Origin: Alphaproteobacteria bacterium
Lineage (GTDB): Bacteria > Pseudomonadota > Alphaproteobacteria > CALKHQ01
Length of the DNA: 64,000 nucleotides
Assembly (NCBI GenBank): GCA_965227515.1
Contig: CBDDFZ010000002.1
Coordinates: forward strand, 1,248,001-1,312,000
Direction of reading: 5' to 3'
Under the pieces are notes generated by a model. The model was given only the letters and a program-made list of their open reading frames with translations. It made no database searches and was not told the origin of the DNA. The position numbers were made by a program, and so were the translations under genes. Positions 17,747 to 28,646 of the stretch are shown one piece after another. The stretch's first letter is position 1, and each line of letters begins with the position of its first letter.

Positions 17747-19720
17747 TCAGGCAGCCTTGGCGGTTACGTCGGCGCCGGGCGTCCTGGGCCAGACCTTCGG
17801 CCAAGTGAACGCGATGGTCGAGCCTTCGCCCGGCGCTGTCTTCGGGTCGACCTCGATCGTGCAGTCGATGGACTGTGCGATCTTGCGCAGGATCGCCAGG
17901 CCCATGCCGCTGCTCTCCAGTTCGTCGCGTGCGCGCAACGTCTGGAACATCCCGAAAATGCGCTCGTGATGCTCCGGGGCGATGCCGGGGCCGTCGTCAC
18001 TGACCTCAAAGCGCCAGCGTGTTCCTTCATCCCGCGCACTCACCGTCACCAGGCCCTTGGGCTTGTCGTGATGCAGGCAGGCGTTGCTCAGCAGGTTGCG
18101 GAAGAACTGCTCCAGCGGCGCCTGGGCGGTCTCGATGACCGGCAGGTCGGTTGCGATCACCAGGGCAATCCTGTCGGCCGGCGCGACCAGGTCGAATGCG
18201 TCCTGAACGAGGCGCAGCACATCGACATTGGCGATTTCCGCGTCGTCGCGGCCGACACGCGAGTAGTTCAGCAGATCGTCCAGCAGGCGCTCCAGACGCG
18301 CCACCCGGCTCTTGATCAACTCCATGTGCATCAGCGATTCGGCATCGACCCTGCCTTGCAGGTCCTGCTCCAGGAACCCGGTGAGGTCGGCGATGCCGCG
18401 CAGCGGTGCCTTCAGATCGTGGGAGGCGACATACGCGAACTGGGCGAGTTCGGCATTGGTGCGCTGCAGCTCGATCGCGTTGGTGCGGAACTGGCGGACC
18501 GCGCTGGCCATCTCGCCGAGCTCGTCGCTGCCGCTGACAGTGACCTCGGTCTGCAGGTCGCCTTTGGCGATGGCAAGCGTGGCGTCGCTCAGAAGGCGCA
18601 GCCTCAATGCCACGCCGCGCATCACCATGCGCCAAGCCAGCGTGCCCGCAACAAGGAACGCGACGAACGCGATAGCAATCAGGGCATATTGCGCCACGCG
18701 GACGATATCGCTGACGCTGCTTGCATCGTCCTCGACCATGCCTTCCACGGTCTGAAACAAGCTGGTGACCTGGTTGCCCAGTTGACGGCCCAGATCAGTG
18801 TTTTCCTGATCAAGGTCGTCGATACCGCGCGTGATGTCGGCAAATCTATTGCGCACCGCCACCAGGCCATCCTCGTTGAGCACCTGTTCGTTGAGCAGTC
18901 CGAGCTCGGCGCCAATCGCCGCCTTCAGGCTTTCGTCCTGCAGATCCAGAACGGCGCGCGCCACGTGGCGTACGTCCAACAGGAAGCGGTCGCGCAAGAT
19001 GTCGATCTGGGAGGGATCTGTGGTCGCGCGCAATGTCTCGGAGATATCGCGCATGTCCTCCACCCGAGAGCGCAGGACCAGAATGGTTTGTATGTTGAAG
19101 ATGTCGCGACCACCCAGGTCGTCCAACAACCTGTTGACATCCTCCACCTGCATGTCCGGCGATGTCGCCATCGCGCGAAGGTCGTCCATGTCCCGGAACA
19201 GCTTGTCCATGGCGTCGACATTGGCGGGGGCCAGCCGACTGAGTATGAGGCTGGCGCTCTCTGCGGCTTCATCGGCCCGGTCGTTCGTCGAACGGCCAAG
19301 GATGTAGCGCTGTTCCACGAGTTGGAACAACTCGCGGATGTTGTCGCTCATCGCGCGCAACGTCGCATCGATCCGCTCGACGGACTCGGCGTCGATGTCG
19401 CGCAAACGGCTCAGCTTTGAGCGGGCATAGACCATGGCGCCGCTCAGTTCGCTGTAAAGCCGGGTGAAGCTGTCTGGGTCTTCGATGGACGTCACATCGG
19501 CGGCGTCGACGATGATCTCCAGCCCCAGGTCCTGCAGGCTCTTGGCCGTCTGCATCGCCGGCAGCGCGTCGTCGAGCATGTGGTCCTGCGCGACATCGAT
19601 CATGCGAAGGCTGGCCATGCCCACCAGTGCCGCGAGCAACGCAAACACAGCAATAGCCAGGAACGCGACCCGGAGCCGCGAACTGACACTTTTCCCAGTT
19701 TGTCCAGATGCACGCCCCAT
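17747..19720 (-). CDS. Membrane sensor histidine kinase (TorS-like helical periplasmic domain, HAMP, HisKA, HATPase)
   Basis: Two TM segments, HAMP GSDELGEMA, H-box FAYVASHDLKAPLRGI, N/G boxes (NLLSNA, DDGPGI, GMGLAI). Confidence 0.9.
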   Translation of the reverse strand: MGRASGQTGKSVSSRLRVAFLAIAVFALLAALVGMASLRMIDVAQDHMLDDALPAMQTAKSLQDLGLEIIVDAADVTSIEDPDSFTRLYSELSGAMVYARSKLSRLRDIDAESVERIDATLRAMSDNIRELFQLVEQRYILGRSTNDRADEAAESASLILSRLAPANVDAMDKLFRDMDDLRAMATSPDMQVEDVNRLLDDLGGRDIFNIQTILVLRSRVEDMRDISETLRATTDPSQIDILRDRFLLDVRHVARAVLDLQDESLKAAIGAELGLLNEQVLNEDGLVAVRNRFADITRGIDDLDQENTDLGRQLGNQVTSLFQTVEGMVEDDASSVSDIVRVAQYALIAIAFVAFLVAGTLAWRMVMRGVALRLRLLSDATLAIAKGDLQTEVTVSGSDELGEMASAVRQFRTNAIELQRTNAELAQFAYVASHDLKAPLRGIADLTGFLEQDLQGRVDAESLMHMELIKSRVARLERLLDDLLNYSRVGRDDAEIANVDVLRLVQDAFDLVAPADRIALVIATDLPVIETAQAPLEQFFRNLLSNACLHHDKPKGLVTVSARDEGTRWRFEVSDDGPGIAPEHHERIFGMFQTLRARDELESSGMGLAILRKIAQSIDCTIEVDPKTAPGEGSTIAFTWPKVWPRTPGADVTAKAA

Positions 19721-19839
19721 AACCAAACCGGTGCACCTTAGTATTGAGTTGTCTGCATGCTCGCCACTTTGGCTTGAACTATCTTAACCAATCGCTGATA
19801 TCACACAAATTGACGAAAATTGTATATGAGGGCCAGTCG

Positions 19840-21297
19840 TTGAGGCGCCGCCATTTTCTGTCCGCGGCCACCGCGTGCCTTGTGGGGCCGCGCCTATTCG
19901 CCGATGACGCGGCAGCGCAATCGCCTGCGCAGCCATTCGACCTGGAAACGGTCGATACCCAGGCGACGGATGCCGCGCGAGCCTTGGCCAGCGGCCGCGA
20001 TATCACGCTGACCATCCTGATGCCGGAAGGGTCGCCGGCGAATGTCCTGCCGGCGACGGAAGCGTTTCGCGCGGCCACCGGTATCGGCTTCGCGTTTCTC
20101 GAGACCCCGGTCGACGACATCAACACGCGCATGATCATCAACGCGCTGGCGGGGGAAAGCGAGTTCGACCTGGCCTTGCCGGCCACGTTCGGAATCCCCG
20201 ATCTGGCGGAGGCGGGAACGCTTGCGGAACTGGACGCCTATGCCGCTAAATACCAGCCGCATGATTTTGGCGACCAGGCGCTCTACAAGCTGGGCGACAC
20301 CTACAACGGCCATCTCTACGGTTATCAGACCGATGGCGACGCCTACGTCATGTTCTACAACAAGGCGTTGCTGGACGACCCCGACGAACAGGCCCGGTTT
20401 GCCGACGCGCATGGCTATCCGCTGGGAATCCCGCACACATGGGCTGAACTCGATGCGATGATGGCCCACTTTCACCGGCCCGATGAGGGCCGCTACGGCG
20501 GCGCGCTGTTCCGCTCCATCTTCTACATCGTCTGGGAGTTCTGGATCCGTATGCACGCGAAGGGCTGCTGGCCGTTCGACGCGGACATGGAGCCGAAGCT
20601 TCTGGATCCGGCCGCCGTTGCCGCTGCCGAGGAACTGGTTGCCGCGTCGCAATATCTTCACCCCGACGTGCGTACCGACGGCCTGTTCGAGAACTGGGTC
20701 GCCTACGCAGAGGGCAATACGTTCTGCAACATCGGCTGGGGCGGCACCCAGAAATACCTCAACGGTCCGCAGTCCGCCATACGTGGCAAGCTGGCGTTCG
20801 GGCCGACCCCCGGCGGCATCGTGGACGGCACGATGCTCTCGGTCCCCTACTTCAACTGGGGCTGGAACTACACGGTCTCCAAGGGATCGCGGTTTCCCGA
20901 GATCGCCTACCTGTTCGCATTGTTCGCTTGCAGTCCGCGGATTTCGACCGCGGCGGTGCGGCCGGCCGATGGGTTCTTCGACCCTTTCCGGGCCGAGCAT
21001 TACGAGGATGCCGAAATCGTATCGGCCTACACCGAGAGTTTCCTGGAGACCCACAAGGCCAGCATGCTTGGCAGTATTCCCGACCTCTACCTGTCGGGCC
21101 AAGGCGAGTATTTCGATGCCCTGCGCGAGAACCTGATCCTGGCCGACACCGGACAGGTCTCGGCGTACGAGGCGATGGATCGCACGGCCAAGCAGTGGTC
21201 GCAAACCACGCGTCGGCTCGGGCGCGCCAATCAGATCGCGCAATGGAAAAAGCTCCGTGACCGCTACCCAGCCGAGATCAGCGCCCTCCTGAGATAG
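19840..21297 (+). CDS. Extracellular solute-binding protein (family 1), Tat-exported
   Basis: LRRRHFLSAATACL twin-arginine signal; FYNKALL and HTWAEL SBP motifs; start uncertain. Confidence 0.82.
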   Translation: MRRRHFLSAATACLVGPRLFADDAAAQSPAQPFDLETVDTQATDAARALASGRDITLTILMPEGSPANVLPATEAFRAATGIGFAFLETPVDDINTRMIINALAGESEFDLALPATFGIPDLAEAGTLAELDAYAAKYQPHDFGDQALYKLGDTYNGHLYGYQTDGDAYVMFYNKALLDDPDEQARFADAHGYPLGIPHTWAELDAMMAHFHRPDEGRYGGALFRSIFYIVWEFWIRMHAKGCWPFDADMEPKLLDPAAVAAAEELVAASQYLHPDVRTDGLFENWVAYAEGNTFCNIGWGGTQKYLNGPQSAIRGKLAFGPTPGGIVDGTMLSVPYFNWGWNYTVSKGSRFPEIAYLFALFACSPRISTAAVRPADGFFDPFRAEHYEDAEIVSAYTESFLETHKASMLGSIPDLYLSGQGEYFDALRENLILADTGQVSAYEAMDRTAKQWSQTTRRLGRANQIAQWKKLRDRYPAEISALLR

Positions 21298-21333
21298 CCG
21301 GCCGGCGCCCAGCCGGTGCAGCCCGCGCCGGCG

Positions 21334-22719
21334 CTACTCGCTCGTCGGCAACCCGATCATCTGCTTGGCCTCGTCGTCGAAAATGCGACCACCCTCGATC
21401 CCCTCGGGGCGGCCCGCGATGACGATCAACAGCTTCGACGGATCCAGCCAGATCTCCGCGGTCTGGCGCGCCACGTCCAACGTGACCGCATCCACCAGGG
21501 CCGGGCGCAGGTCGTAATAGTCGATCGGCAGTTCGAGTTCCTGGTAAGTGCGCAACGCGGTCGCAATCGACGACGTGTTGTCATAGCGCAAGGGGTAGGA
21601 GCCATTGACGAACGTGCGCGCGTCCGCAACCTCCTGTGCCGTCGGCCCGTCCGTCGCCATCTTGTCCCACTCGGCCAGAAGCACTTCCAGCGTCTCGGCC
21701 GCGCGCGCGTTGATGGTGGACGTCTGGCCCATGATCATGCCGGCCTCGTCCCAGGACTGGAGCCATGTCGCCACGCCATAGGTCAGGCCGCGCTGTTCGC
21801 GAATCTCGTCGTACAGGCGCGAACTGAAGCCGCTGCCGCCAAGAATGCGATTGACGATGTTGACGGGGTGATAGTCGTCGGAATCGACCAGCGGGCCGGG
21901 TTGCCCGAACAGGAACACCGACTGCGCCAGGTCCACATCGACAATGACGATCTCGCCTTGTCCCTGCATCTCCACAGGCGGCAGCTCCCAAGGCGTCGCC
22001 TCGGCCGGCAGGCCGCCGAACACCTGGTCCAGGTAGGCGCCGAGCGCGTCCTTGTCGATGTCGCCGACAACGCCGATCACCAAATTGTCGCGGGCGAACC
22101 GGCGCTCGACGAAACCGCGCAGGTCGTCGGCCGTCATGGCGGCAATGGTGTCGAGCGTGCCCGACACAGGGCGCCCGTAGGGGTGGTCAGGGAATGCGGT
22201 GGCGAACCATGCAAGGCTGGCCAGGGTGCCGGGGTCCTGCAGGCTGCTGCGCAGGCCGGCCACAAGCGCGCGCCGCATGCGCTCCAAGGGCTCCTCGTCG
22301 AACCGGGGCGCGTTCAGCGCCTTGGTCAGCAGGTCGAAGCCCAGGTCTGCGTCCGAACTCAGCATATAGAGCGAGCCCGAAAAGCCGTCGCGATAGGCGC
22401 TGAAGCCAATGCCGATGGAGTTCTCGTTCAGCAGTCCTTGAAAGGCGCGCGAATCAAGGTCGTCCGCGCCCTCGTCGAGCATCACGGACACAAAGTCCGC
22501 CAAGCCCTCCTTGCCCTCCGGGTCCAGCGCGGACCCGCCCAGGAATGAGAACTTGACCGAGATCACCGGCACATCGGGCGCATACAGGTACCAGGCCTCG
22601 ATGCCGCCGGGCGACACCACGCGCTCGCCGACGAAGGCATCGGCGGGCCGGGTGGTCAGGGCGAGGCCGCAAACGGCAGCGAGGCCGACCAGCGTCATGA
22701 AGCGGGTGAGCAGGATCAT
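21334..22719 (-). CDS. M16 (pitrilysin) peptidase, non-catalytic subunit
   Basis: SPGGIEAW, GKEGLADFVSVMLDEG (no HxxEH), SSRLYDEIREQRGLTYG. Confidence 0.9.
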   Translation of the reverse strand: MILLTRFMTLVGLAAVCGLALTTRPADAFVGERVVSPGGIEAWYLYAPDVPVISVKFSFLGGSALDPEGKEGLADFVSVMLDEGADDLDSRAFQGLLNENSIGIGFSAYRDGFSGSLYMLSSDADLGFDLLTKALNAPRFDEEPLERMRRALVAGLRSSLQDPGTLASLAWFATAFPDHPYGRPVSGTLDTIAAMTADDLRGFVERRFARDNLVIGVVGDIDKDALGAYLDQVFGGLPAEATPWELPPVEMQGQGEIVIVDVDLAQSVFLFGQPGPLVDSDDYHPVNIVNRILGGSGFSSRLYDEIREQRGLTYGVATWLQSWDEAGMIMGQTSTINARAAETLEVLLAEWDKMATDGPTAQEVADARTFVNGSYPLRYDNTSSIATALRTYQELELPIDYYDLRPALVDAVTLDVARQTAEIWLDPSKLLIVIAGRPEGIEGGRIFDDEAKQMIGLPTSE

Positions 22720-22813
22720 CGTCAGGCTCCTATTCCGGCCGGGCGCGTGGCGCCGGTTGCGGCCGGTTTGAAATATCGATCCGGTGCGGTTGGCCAACGT
22801 CTTGGCGGCGTGG

Positions 22814-24205
22814 CTATTCGGCCGGAGCCGGCATCAGGATCGATGTCACCGAATTGGCGGGATCGAAAACGTAGGCGATGGCAGCGTTCACATCAGCCAC
22901 CGTGACCTCACCCAGCTTCTCCGGCCAGTTCTCGACATCCTCGATAGAGCGACCGGCCGCCAAAGCGCTGCCAAGGGTGCGCGCACCGGCCATCAGCGAA
23001 TCCTGGGCGAAGATGGCGTCCGACTGAAGCTGCTTGATCGCCGATGCGACCTCCTCCTCGGTCACGCCGTCGGTCATCAGCATGTCGATCTCAGCCTCGA
23101 TCGCGGCCTCGAGCGCCGCGACGGCTGCTTCGTCGTCGCCGTCGCTGACCGGCGAGCCATAGACGCCGAAGATGCCGTGATCGATGTTGTCGGGACCGTA
23201 GTAGGCCCCCGCGCTGACCGCGATGCCCTGCTCGAAGACCAGCCGCTCATAGAACCGGCTGTCGGTGCCATAGCCCATGATCTCGGCCAGCACTTGCAGT
23301 GCATAGGCGTGCTCGCTCGCCCCGTACTGGTAGCTGGGCGCCAGGTAGGAGCGGGACCACGACGGCTGGCCGATGGTGGGATGCTCCAGGTAGACCGTGC
23401 GCGGCGCATAGTGCGGCGGCTCCTCGATGCGCGCACGTTCCGGCGTGTCGGCGCGCGGAATTTCGGCAAAGTACTGCTCGACCAAGGGGCGCAATTCGTC
23501 CATCGACACCGCGCCGGCCACTGCCAGCACCGCGTTGTTGGGCGCGTACCACGTGCCGTAGAACTCCAGCATCTGCTCGATGGACAGGGTCTCGATCTCG
23601 TGCCGCCAGCCCAGGATCGGCGTGCCATAGGGATGGTGCGAGAACAGGGTCGCCAGGGCCTCGACCTGCGCCCAGGAGGACGGCTCGTTGCTGATGCGGG
23701 TGGCGAATTCCTCCAGCACGACCAGCCGCTCGGGCTCCACCACGTCCGGCGTCAGGATCAGGTTGGTCATCCGGTCAGCCTCGAACTCAAGCGCGCGTTC
23801 CAGGTGCTCCGGCGCGATGATTTCGTAGTAGGCGGTTTCGTCCCACGAGGTGTGGGCGTTCTGCTGGCCGCCGACGCTGGCGATGAACCTGTCGAAGGCG
23901 CCATGCTCGAACGTGGTGGTCTCGCCGAACATCAGGTGCTCGAATATGTGCGCGATCCCGGACTGGCCGCGCAGCTCATCGGCCGACCCGACGCCGTAGT
24001 AGATGATGACGCCGACCGAGGGCATCGCCGGCTTTTCCAGCAACAGGACGCGCAGGCCATTGTCGAGCGTGAAGCTCTGCGGGTTGAACACGCCAGCCGA
24101 TGCCGCCGGTGCGACGGCAGCCACGCCTGCCGAAATCAGCGCCGCGCCGGCCAGTCGGCGCGTCGTCGTCAACATGCGTGAGTGACCGGTCTCATTGTTC
24201 GCCAT
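22814..24205 (-). CDS. M16 (pitrilysin) peptidase, catalytic subunit
   Basis: FTLDNGLRV, GIAHIFEHLMF (HxxEH), NAHTSWDETAYY, HPYGTPILG, YAPNNAVL; start uncertain. Confidence 0.92.
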   Translation of the reverse strand: MANNETGHSRMLTTTRRLAGAALISAGVAAVAPAASAGVFNPQSFTLDNGLRVLLLEKPAMPSVGVIIYYGVGSADELRGQSGIAHIFEHLMFGETTTFEHGAFDRFIASVGGQQNAHTSWDETAYYEIIAPEHLERALEFEADRMTNLILTPDVVEPERLVVLEEFATRISNEPSSWAQVEALATLFSHHPYGTPILGWRHEIETLSIEQMLEFYGTWYAPNNAVLAVAGAVSMDELRPLVEQYFAEIPRADTPERARIEEPPHYAPRTVYLEHPTIGQPSWSRSYLAPSYQYGASEHAYALQVLAEIMGYGTDSRFYERLVFEQGIAVSAGAYYGPDNIDHGIFGVYGSPVSDGDDEAAVAALEAAIEAEIDMLMTDGVTEEEVASAIKQLQSDAIFAQDSLMAGARTLGSALAAGRSIEDVENWPEKLGEVTVADVNAAIAYVFDPANSVTSILMPAPAE

Positions 24206-24305
24206 GGCAGTGTCCTTCATCGGCAGTGCGGGCTCGTTCCGCAGCAAGTATTCCAGGTGGCGATGCTGACGTTCGATCAGCCTCGCCAGTCGTCGCAGGC
24301 GTCGA

Positions 24306-24854
24306 TCAGAACAGGACGATCGTGTCCGTGCGGCGCTCGATCACCGGCGTCTCGCCTTCGTTGATCGGTGCGCCGCGGGCCTGGTTGGCGCTGATCCGCT
24401 CAGCCTCGGCCGCGGCGTTCAGCACCGAGCCGGACGGGCCGTCATCCTGCCAGAACAGCAGATAGTCGGCCAAACCGCCGCTGTCCTCGTCCGACACGCG
24501 GCTTTCGGCGCTCAGGATGGCCCGGATCGACGGGTCGACGTCGCTGGCGCCGGCCTGGTTCAACAGCGCCTGTTCCGCCGCGCTGCCGGTCACGACCGGG
24601 GCGCCGGTGGCACCGACCAGCGCTTCGCGTGCCTGTTGCGCCGGCGCCTCGATGGTCGGGTCGGGCGCGTTCGGGTCCGGCGGCCGCAAGGTGAAGTCCG
24701 GCGGAATCGACAGCGGCAGGTTGGTCACCACCTGGAACTCGTCCGGCGGGTTCTGTCGCTTCAGGCCCAATGCCTCCGACAGGCCGCTGCACCCGCCGAG
24801 GACCATGGTCGCGGCGCATGCCATCACGATTGTAAGTGTCGTCCTAGAGGTCAT
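24306..24854 (-). CDS. DUF3035-like lipoprotein
   Basis: Lipobox LGGC; PPDEFQVVTNLPLSIPPDFTLRPP; typical lspA-downstream gene. Confidence 0.85.
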   Translation of the reverse strand: MTSRTTLTIVMACAATMVLGGCSGLSEALGLKRQNPPDEFQVVTNLPLSIPPDFTLRPPDPNAPDPTIEAPAQQAREALVGATGAPVVTGSAAEQALLNQAGASDVDPSIRAILSAESRVSDEDSGGLADYLLFWQDDGPSGSVLNAAAEAERISANQARGAPINEGETPVIERRTDTIVLF

Positions 24855-24871
24855 TCCTGTTTCCCCCTCTT

Positions 24872-25426
24872 TCAACCTTTCTTGGTCAGTCCGAACAGGG
24901 CGTCGATCACCACAAGTCCCACCCCTATGGTGATCGCAGAATCAGCCACGTTGAACGCCGGCCAATGATAGTCCGCTACGTGCAGGTCCACAAAATCAAC
25001 AACCGCACCGAAGCGGGCGCGATCGATCACGTTGCCCAAGGCGCCGCCGGCGATCAGCCCGACGGCCCAGGCGAGCCAGCCCTGGCGCGAGCGCCACAGC
25101 CAAATCATCAGGCCGGCGGTCACCGCCAGCGCGATGGCGACGAACACCCACGGGCCGACGCCGCTCAACATCCCGAATGACACGCCCTGGTTGCCGACCA
25201 ACACCCAGTTCAGGAAGCCGGTGACTTCAATCGGCCGGGCCGGCACGAAGTTCTGGAACAGGCCGGCATCGCCGAAGTCGCGGCCGAACATTTCGACCGC
25301 CCAGAACTTGGTGGCCTGGTCGAGCACGATCACGACGATGGCGAGCACGATGGACACCCCGAACAGCCGGGAAAGTCGGCGTGGGCTGCTCGAGCCTTGC
25401 ATGGCGCTGGAGGCTTCCGCTGTCAT
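24872..25426 (-). CDS. lspA: Lipoprotein signal peptidase
   Basis: LDQATK, NQGVSFGM, GGALGNVIDR, GAVVDF, WPAFNVADSAI. Confidence 0.95.
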   Translation of the reverse strand: MTAEASSAMQGSSSPRRLSRLFGVSIVLAIVVIVLDQATKFWAVEMFGRDFGDAGLFQNFVPARPIEVTGFLNWVLVGNQGVSFGMLSGVGPWVFVAIALAVTAGLMIWLWRSRQGWLAWAVGLIAGGALGNVIDRARFGAVVDFVDLHVADYHWPAFNVADSAITIGVGLVVIDALFGLTKKG

Positions 25427-25430
25427 CGGT

Positions 25431-28334
25431 TTATGCCGCGATCGCCGGGCGGGCGCGCACCGCATCGGCACAGCGTCCGCAGACACCGGGCACGTCGGCA
25501 CTGGCGCCCACGTCGGGCAGCACCTGCCAGCACCGCGCGCACTTTTCGCCGTCCGCAACGCTGACCACGACCGCCACGTCCGCCACATCGGGCAGGCGGA
25601 ACGCGCCCTCGGGCGCCGCCGTCGTCACCGCCTCGGCGGACGAGGTGATGGTGATCTCGGCCAGGTCCAGGCCAGCCAATGTCGACACATCGTCGGGCGT
25701 CACGTGAACCTGAACGGCGGCCTGCAACGAGGCGCCGATCTGCTTGTCGGCCCGCGCCAATTCCAGCGCGCCGGTCACCGTCCGGCGGATGTCGCGCACC
25801 CGCGCCCACTTGGCCGCCAGCCCGGGGTTCGCCCAGTCCTTCGGCGTCTGCGGGAACTGGCGCAGATGGACGCTGGACGCGGCATCGCCCATGCGGGCCA
25901 GCCACGCCTCCTCGGCGGTGAACACCAGGATCGGCGCCAGCCACGCGGTCAGCCGGTCGAACACCAGGTCCAGCACGGTGCGCGCGGCACGGCGGCGCAC
26001 GCTGGTCGCCGGGTCGCAATAGAGCGCATCCTTGCGGATGTCGAAATAGAACGCCGAGAGGTCCGCCGTCGCGAAATTGTGGAGCGCGGTGAACTGGGCA
26101 TGGAAGTCGAACGTGTCGCTGGTCTTGTGCACCAGCTCGTCCAGCACCTGCAGGCGATGCAGGATCAGCCGTTCCAGTTCCGGCATCTCCTCAATCGGCA
26201 GCCGCTCCTGCGGGTCGAAGCCGTGCAGGTTGCCGAGCAGGAAGCGGAACGTGTTGCGGATGCGGCGATAGAGATCGACCTGGCGCTTCAGGATCTCCGG
26301 CCCGATGCGCAGGTCCTCCGAATAGTCGGAGCCCACCACCCACAGCCGCAGAATGTCGGCGCCGTACTGCTCGATCACCTGTTGCGGCACCACCTGGTTG
26401 CCCAGCGATTTCGACATCTTGCGGCCGTCCTCGGCCATGACGAAGCCGTGGGTCAGCACCGCGTCATAGGGCGCGCGCCCGCGTGTGCCGCAGCTTTCCA
26501 GCAGCGAGGAATGGAACCAGCCACGGTGCTGGTCGGTCCCCTCCAGATAGAGTGACGCCGGGAATGACAAGTCGTCGCGCGCCTCCAGCACGAACTGATG
26601 GGTCGAGCCGCTTTCGAACCACACGTCCAGGATGTCGTCGACCTTCTCCCAGTCGTCGGCATCGTAACTATTGCCCAGAAAGCGGGCCGCCGCACCTTCC
26701 GCGAACCAAGCGTCGGCACCCTCTTCGGCGAATGCGGCAGCAATGCGACCATTCACGGCGTCGTCGTGCAGCAGTTCGCCGGTGCGCCGGTGGACGAACA
26801 CGGTGATCGGCACGCCCCAGGCGCGCTGGCGCGAGATCACCCAGTCGGGCCGTTGCTCGATCATGCCGCGCAGGCGCTTCTGGCCGCTCGGCGGATAGAA
26901 TTTTGTCTCGTCGATTGCCTTCAGCGCCTTGCCGCGCAGCCCGTCAGGCCCAGCCGCGTCGTTCATGGCGATGAACCACTGCGGCGTGTTGCGGAAGATC
27001 ACCGGTTTGCGCGACCGCCACGAGTGCGGGTACTGGTGCTCCAGCCGCCCGCGCGCCGCCAGCATGCCGGCGGCGACCAGCGCGTCGATGACGGCCTTGT
27101 TGGCGTCGCCCTTCTTGCCGTCCTCGGTCAGCACATGATGGCCCTCGAAGCCCGGCGCCTCGCTGGTGAAGCTGCCGTCGTCGGCCACCGTGAACGGGAT
27201 GCGGGTGTCGATGCCGGCGTCCTTCAGCACGGCCTCGTTGTCCATCCAGATCTCGAAGTCCTCGGCACCATGGCCGGGGGCGGTATGGACGAAGCCGGTG
27301 CCGGCGTCCGACGTCACATGGTCGCCGTCGAACAATGGAACGGTGAAGTCATAGCCCTTGCCGGCCAACGGGTGGCGGCAGGTCAGGCCGGCCGAGTCCA
27401 CCGCCTGCAAGCGCTTGACGCCGTCCTCCGGCACCCGGGCGGCCTTGAACACGTCGGCGGCCAGGCTGTCGGCGATGACCAGGCGCTCGCCTGATTTCAC
27501 CCAGTTGTCCTCGGGCGCGCCGGTGACTTCGTAGAGCCCGTACTCGATGCGCGATGAGAAGCTGATCGCCCGGTTGCCGGGGATCGTCCATGGCGTCGTG
27601 GTCCAGATCACCACCGCGGCGCCGTCCAGAGCATCCTTGCCGTCGCGGATCGGGAACTTCACCCACACCGTGTCGGAGACGTAGTCGTGGTACTCGACCT
27701 CGGCCTCGGCCAGCGCGGTGCGCTCCACCACCGACCACATCACCGGCTTGGAGCCGCGATAAAGCTGGCCGGAGGTGGCGAACTTCATCACCTCGCGCGC
27801 GATCTGCGCCTCGGCCGCGAAATGCATGGTCGAGTAGTAGTTCTCCCAGTCGCCTGTTACGCCCAGGCGTTGGAACTCCTCCGACTGCACGTCCAGCCAG
27901 TGCTGGGCGAACTCGCGGCATTCGCGCCGGAATTCGTTGATCGGGATCGCGTCCTTGTCCTTGCCCTCGGCACGGTACTGTTCCTCGACCTTCCACTCGA
28001 TCGGCAGGCCGTGGCAGTCCCAGCCGGGCACGTAGATCGAGTCCTTGCCCAGCATCTGCTGGGACCGGCTGATCACGTCCTTCAGGATCTTGTTGAGCGC
28101 GTGCCCGATGTGCAGGTGCCCGTTCGCATAGGGCGGGCCGTCATGCAGGATGAAAGGTTCGCGCCCCTTAGCGTCGGCGCGCATCTGGTGCCAGACGTCG
28201 TCCTGCTTCCAGCGGGCCAGCATGTCGGGCTCGCGGTTCGGCAAGTTGGCCTTCATCGGAAAGCTGGTCTGCGGCAGATAGATAGTCGGGCGATAGTCGG
28301 GGTTGCCGTCCTTGTCGCGCGGCAGCTCGGTCAT
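25431..28334 (-). CDS. ileS: Isoleucine--tRNA ligase
   Basis: [43 protein letters not shown]-terminal CARCW...CGRC. Confidence 0.98.
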   Translation of the reverse strand: MTELPRDKDGNPDYRPTIYLPQTSFPMKANLPNREPDMLARWKQDDVWHQMRADAKGREPFILHDGPPYANGHLHIGHALNKILKDVISRSQQMLGKDSIYVPGWDCHGLPIEWKVEEQYRAEGKDKDAIPINEFRRECREFAQHWLDVQSEEFQRLGVTGDWENYYSTMHFAAEAQIAREVMKFATSGQLYRGSKPVMWSVVERTALAEAEVEYHDYVSDTVWVKFPIRDGKDALDGAAVVIWTTTPWTIPGNRAISFSSRIEYGLYEVTGAPEDNWVKSGERLVIADSLAADVFKAARVPEDGVKRLQAVDSAGLTCRHPLAGKGYDFTVPLFDGDHVTSDAGTGFVHTAPGHGAEDFEIWMDNEAVLKDAGIDTRIPFTVADDGSFTSEAPGFEGHHVLTEDGKKGDANKAVIDALVAAGMLAARGRLEHQYPHSWRSRKPVIFRNTPQWFIAMNDAAGPDGLRGKALKAIDETKFYPPSGQKRLRGMIEQRPDWVISRQRAWGVPITVFVHRRTGELLHDDAVNGRIAAAFAEEGADAWFAEGAAARFLGNSYDADDWEKVDDILDVWFESGSTHQFVLEARDDLSFPASLYLEGTDQHRGWFHSSLLESCGTRGRAPYDAVLTHGFVMAEDGRKMSKSLGNQVVPQQVIEQYGADILRLWVVGSDYSEDLRIGPEILKRQVDLYRRIRNTFRFLLGNLHGFDPQERLPIEEMPELERLILHRLQVLDELVHKTSDTFDFHAQFTALHNFATADLSAFYFDIRKDALYCDPATSVRRRAARTVLDLVFDRLTAWLAPILVFTAEEAWLARMGDAASSVHLRQFPQTPKDWANPGLAAKWARVRDIRRTVTGALELARADKQIGASLQAAVQVHVTPDDVSTLAGLDLAEITITSSAEAVTTAAPEGAFRLPDVADVAVVVSVADGEKCARCWQVLPDVGASADVPGVCGRCADAVRARPAIAA

Positions 28335-28401
28335 ATCGAATTCCTGGTTCGGTTACACCGCCTGCCGGTCCGCGAGGGCGCCGGTCTGGCGCGGCGTTCA
28401 G

Positions 28402-28555
28402 TCATGTCCTTGATATCCGGGGATATCGAAATGGGGATATCGGAAGATATCGGATTGGGTCTGGCATCGCCAATGGCCGGCGCGGCGGCGTGCGTTTGGC
28501 GTCAAACGCTCGGCCGGTGCGCCGGGGCGGTAATTCGTTCGTGGAAGGCGGCCAT
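28402..28555 (-). promoter_or_regulatory. Candidate ileS leader with short uORFs, a hairpin and four GATATC repeats
   Basis: uORFs 28502-28555 (MAAFHERITAPAHRPSV) and 28402-28467 (MPDPIRYLPISPFRYPRISRT); function is inferred. Confidence 0.35.
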
Positions 28556-28646
28556 CAAACGCATCTCCGAGTTCGGCGCGGAGACTACGCCAATTGATGG
28601 CGGAATTGAAGCAATCTGATGCGGCAGGCCGGCAACCGCATACGGC

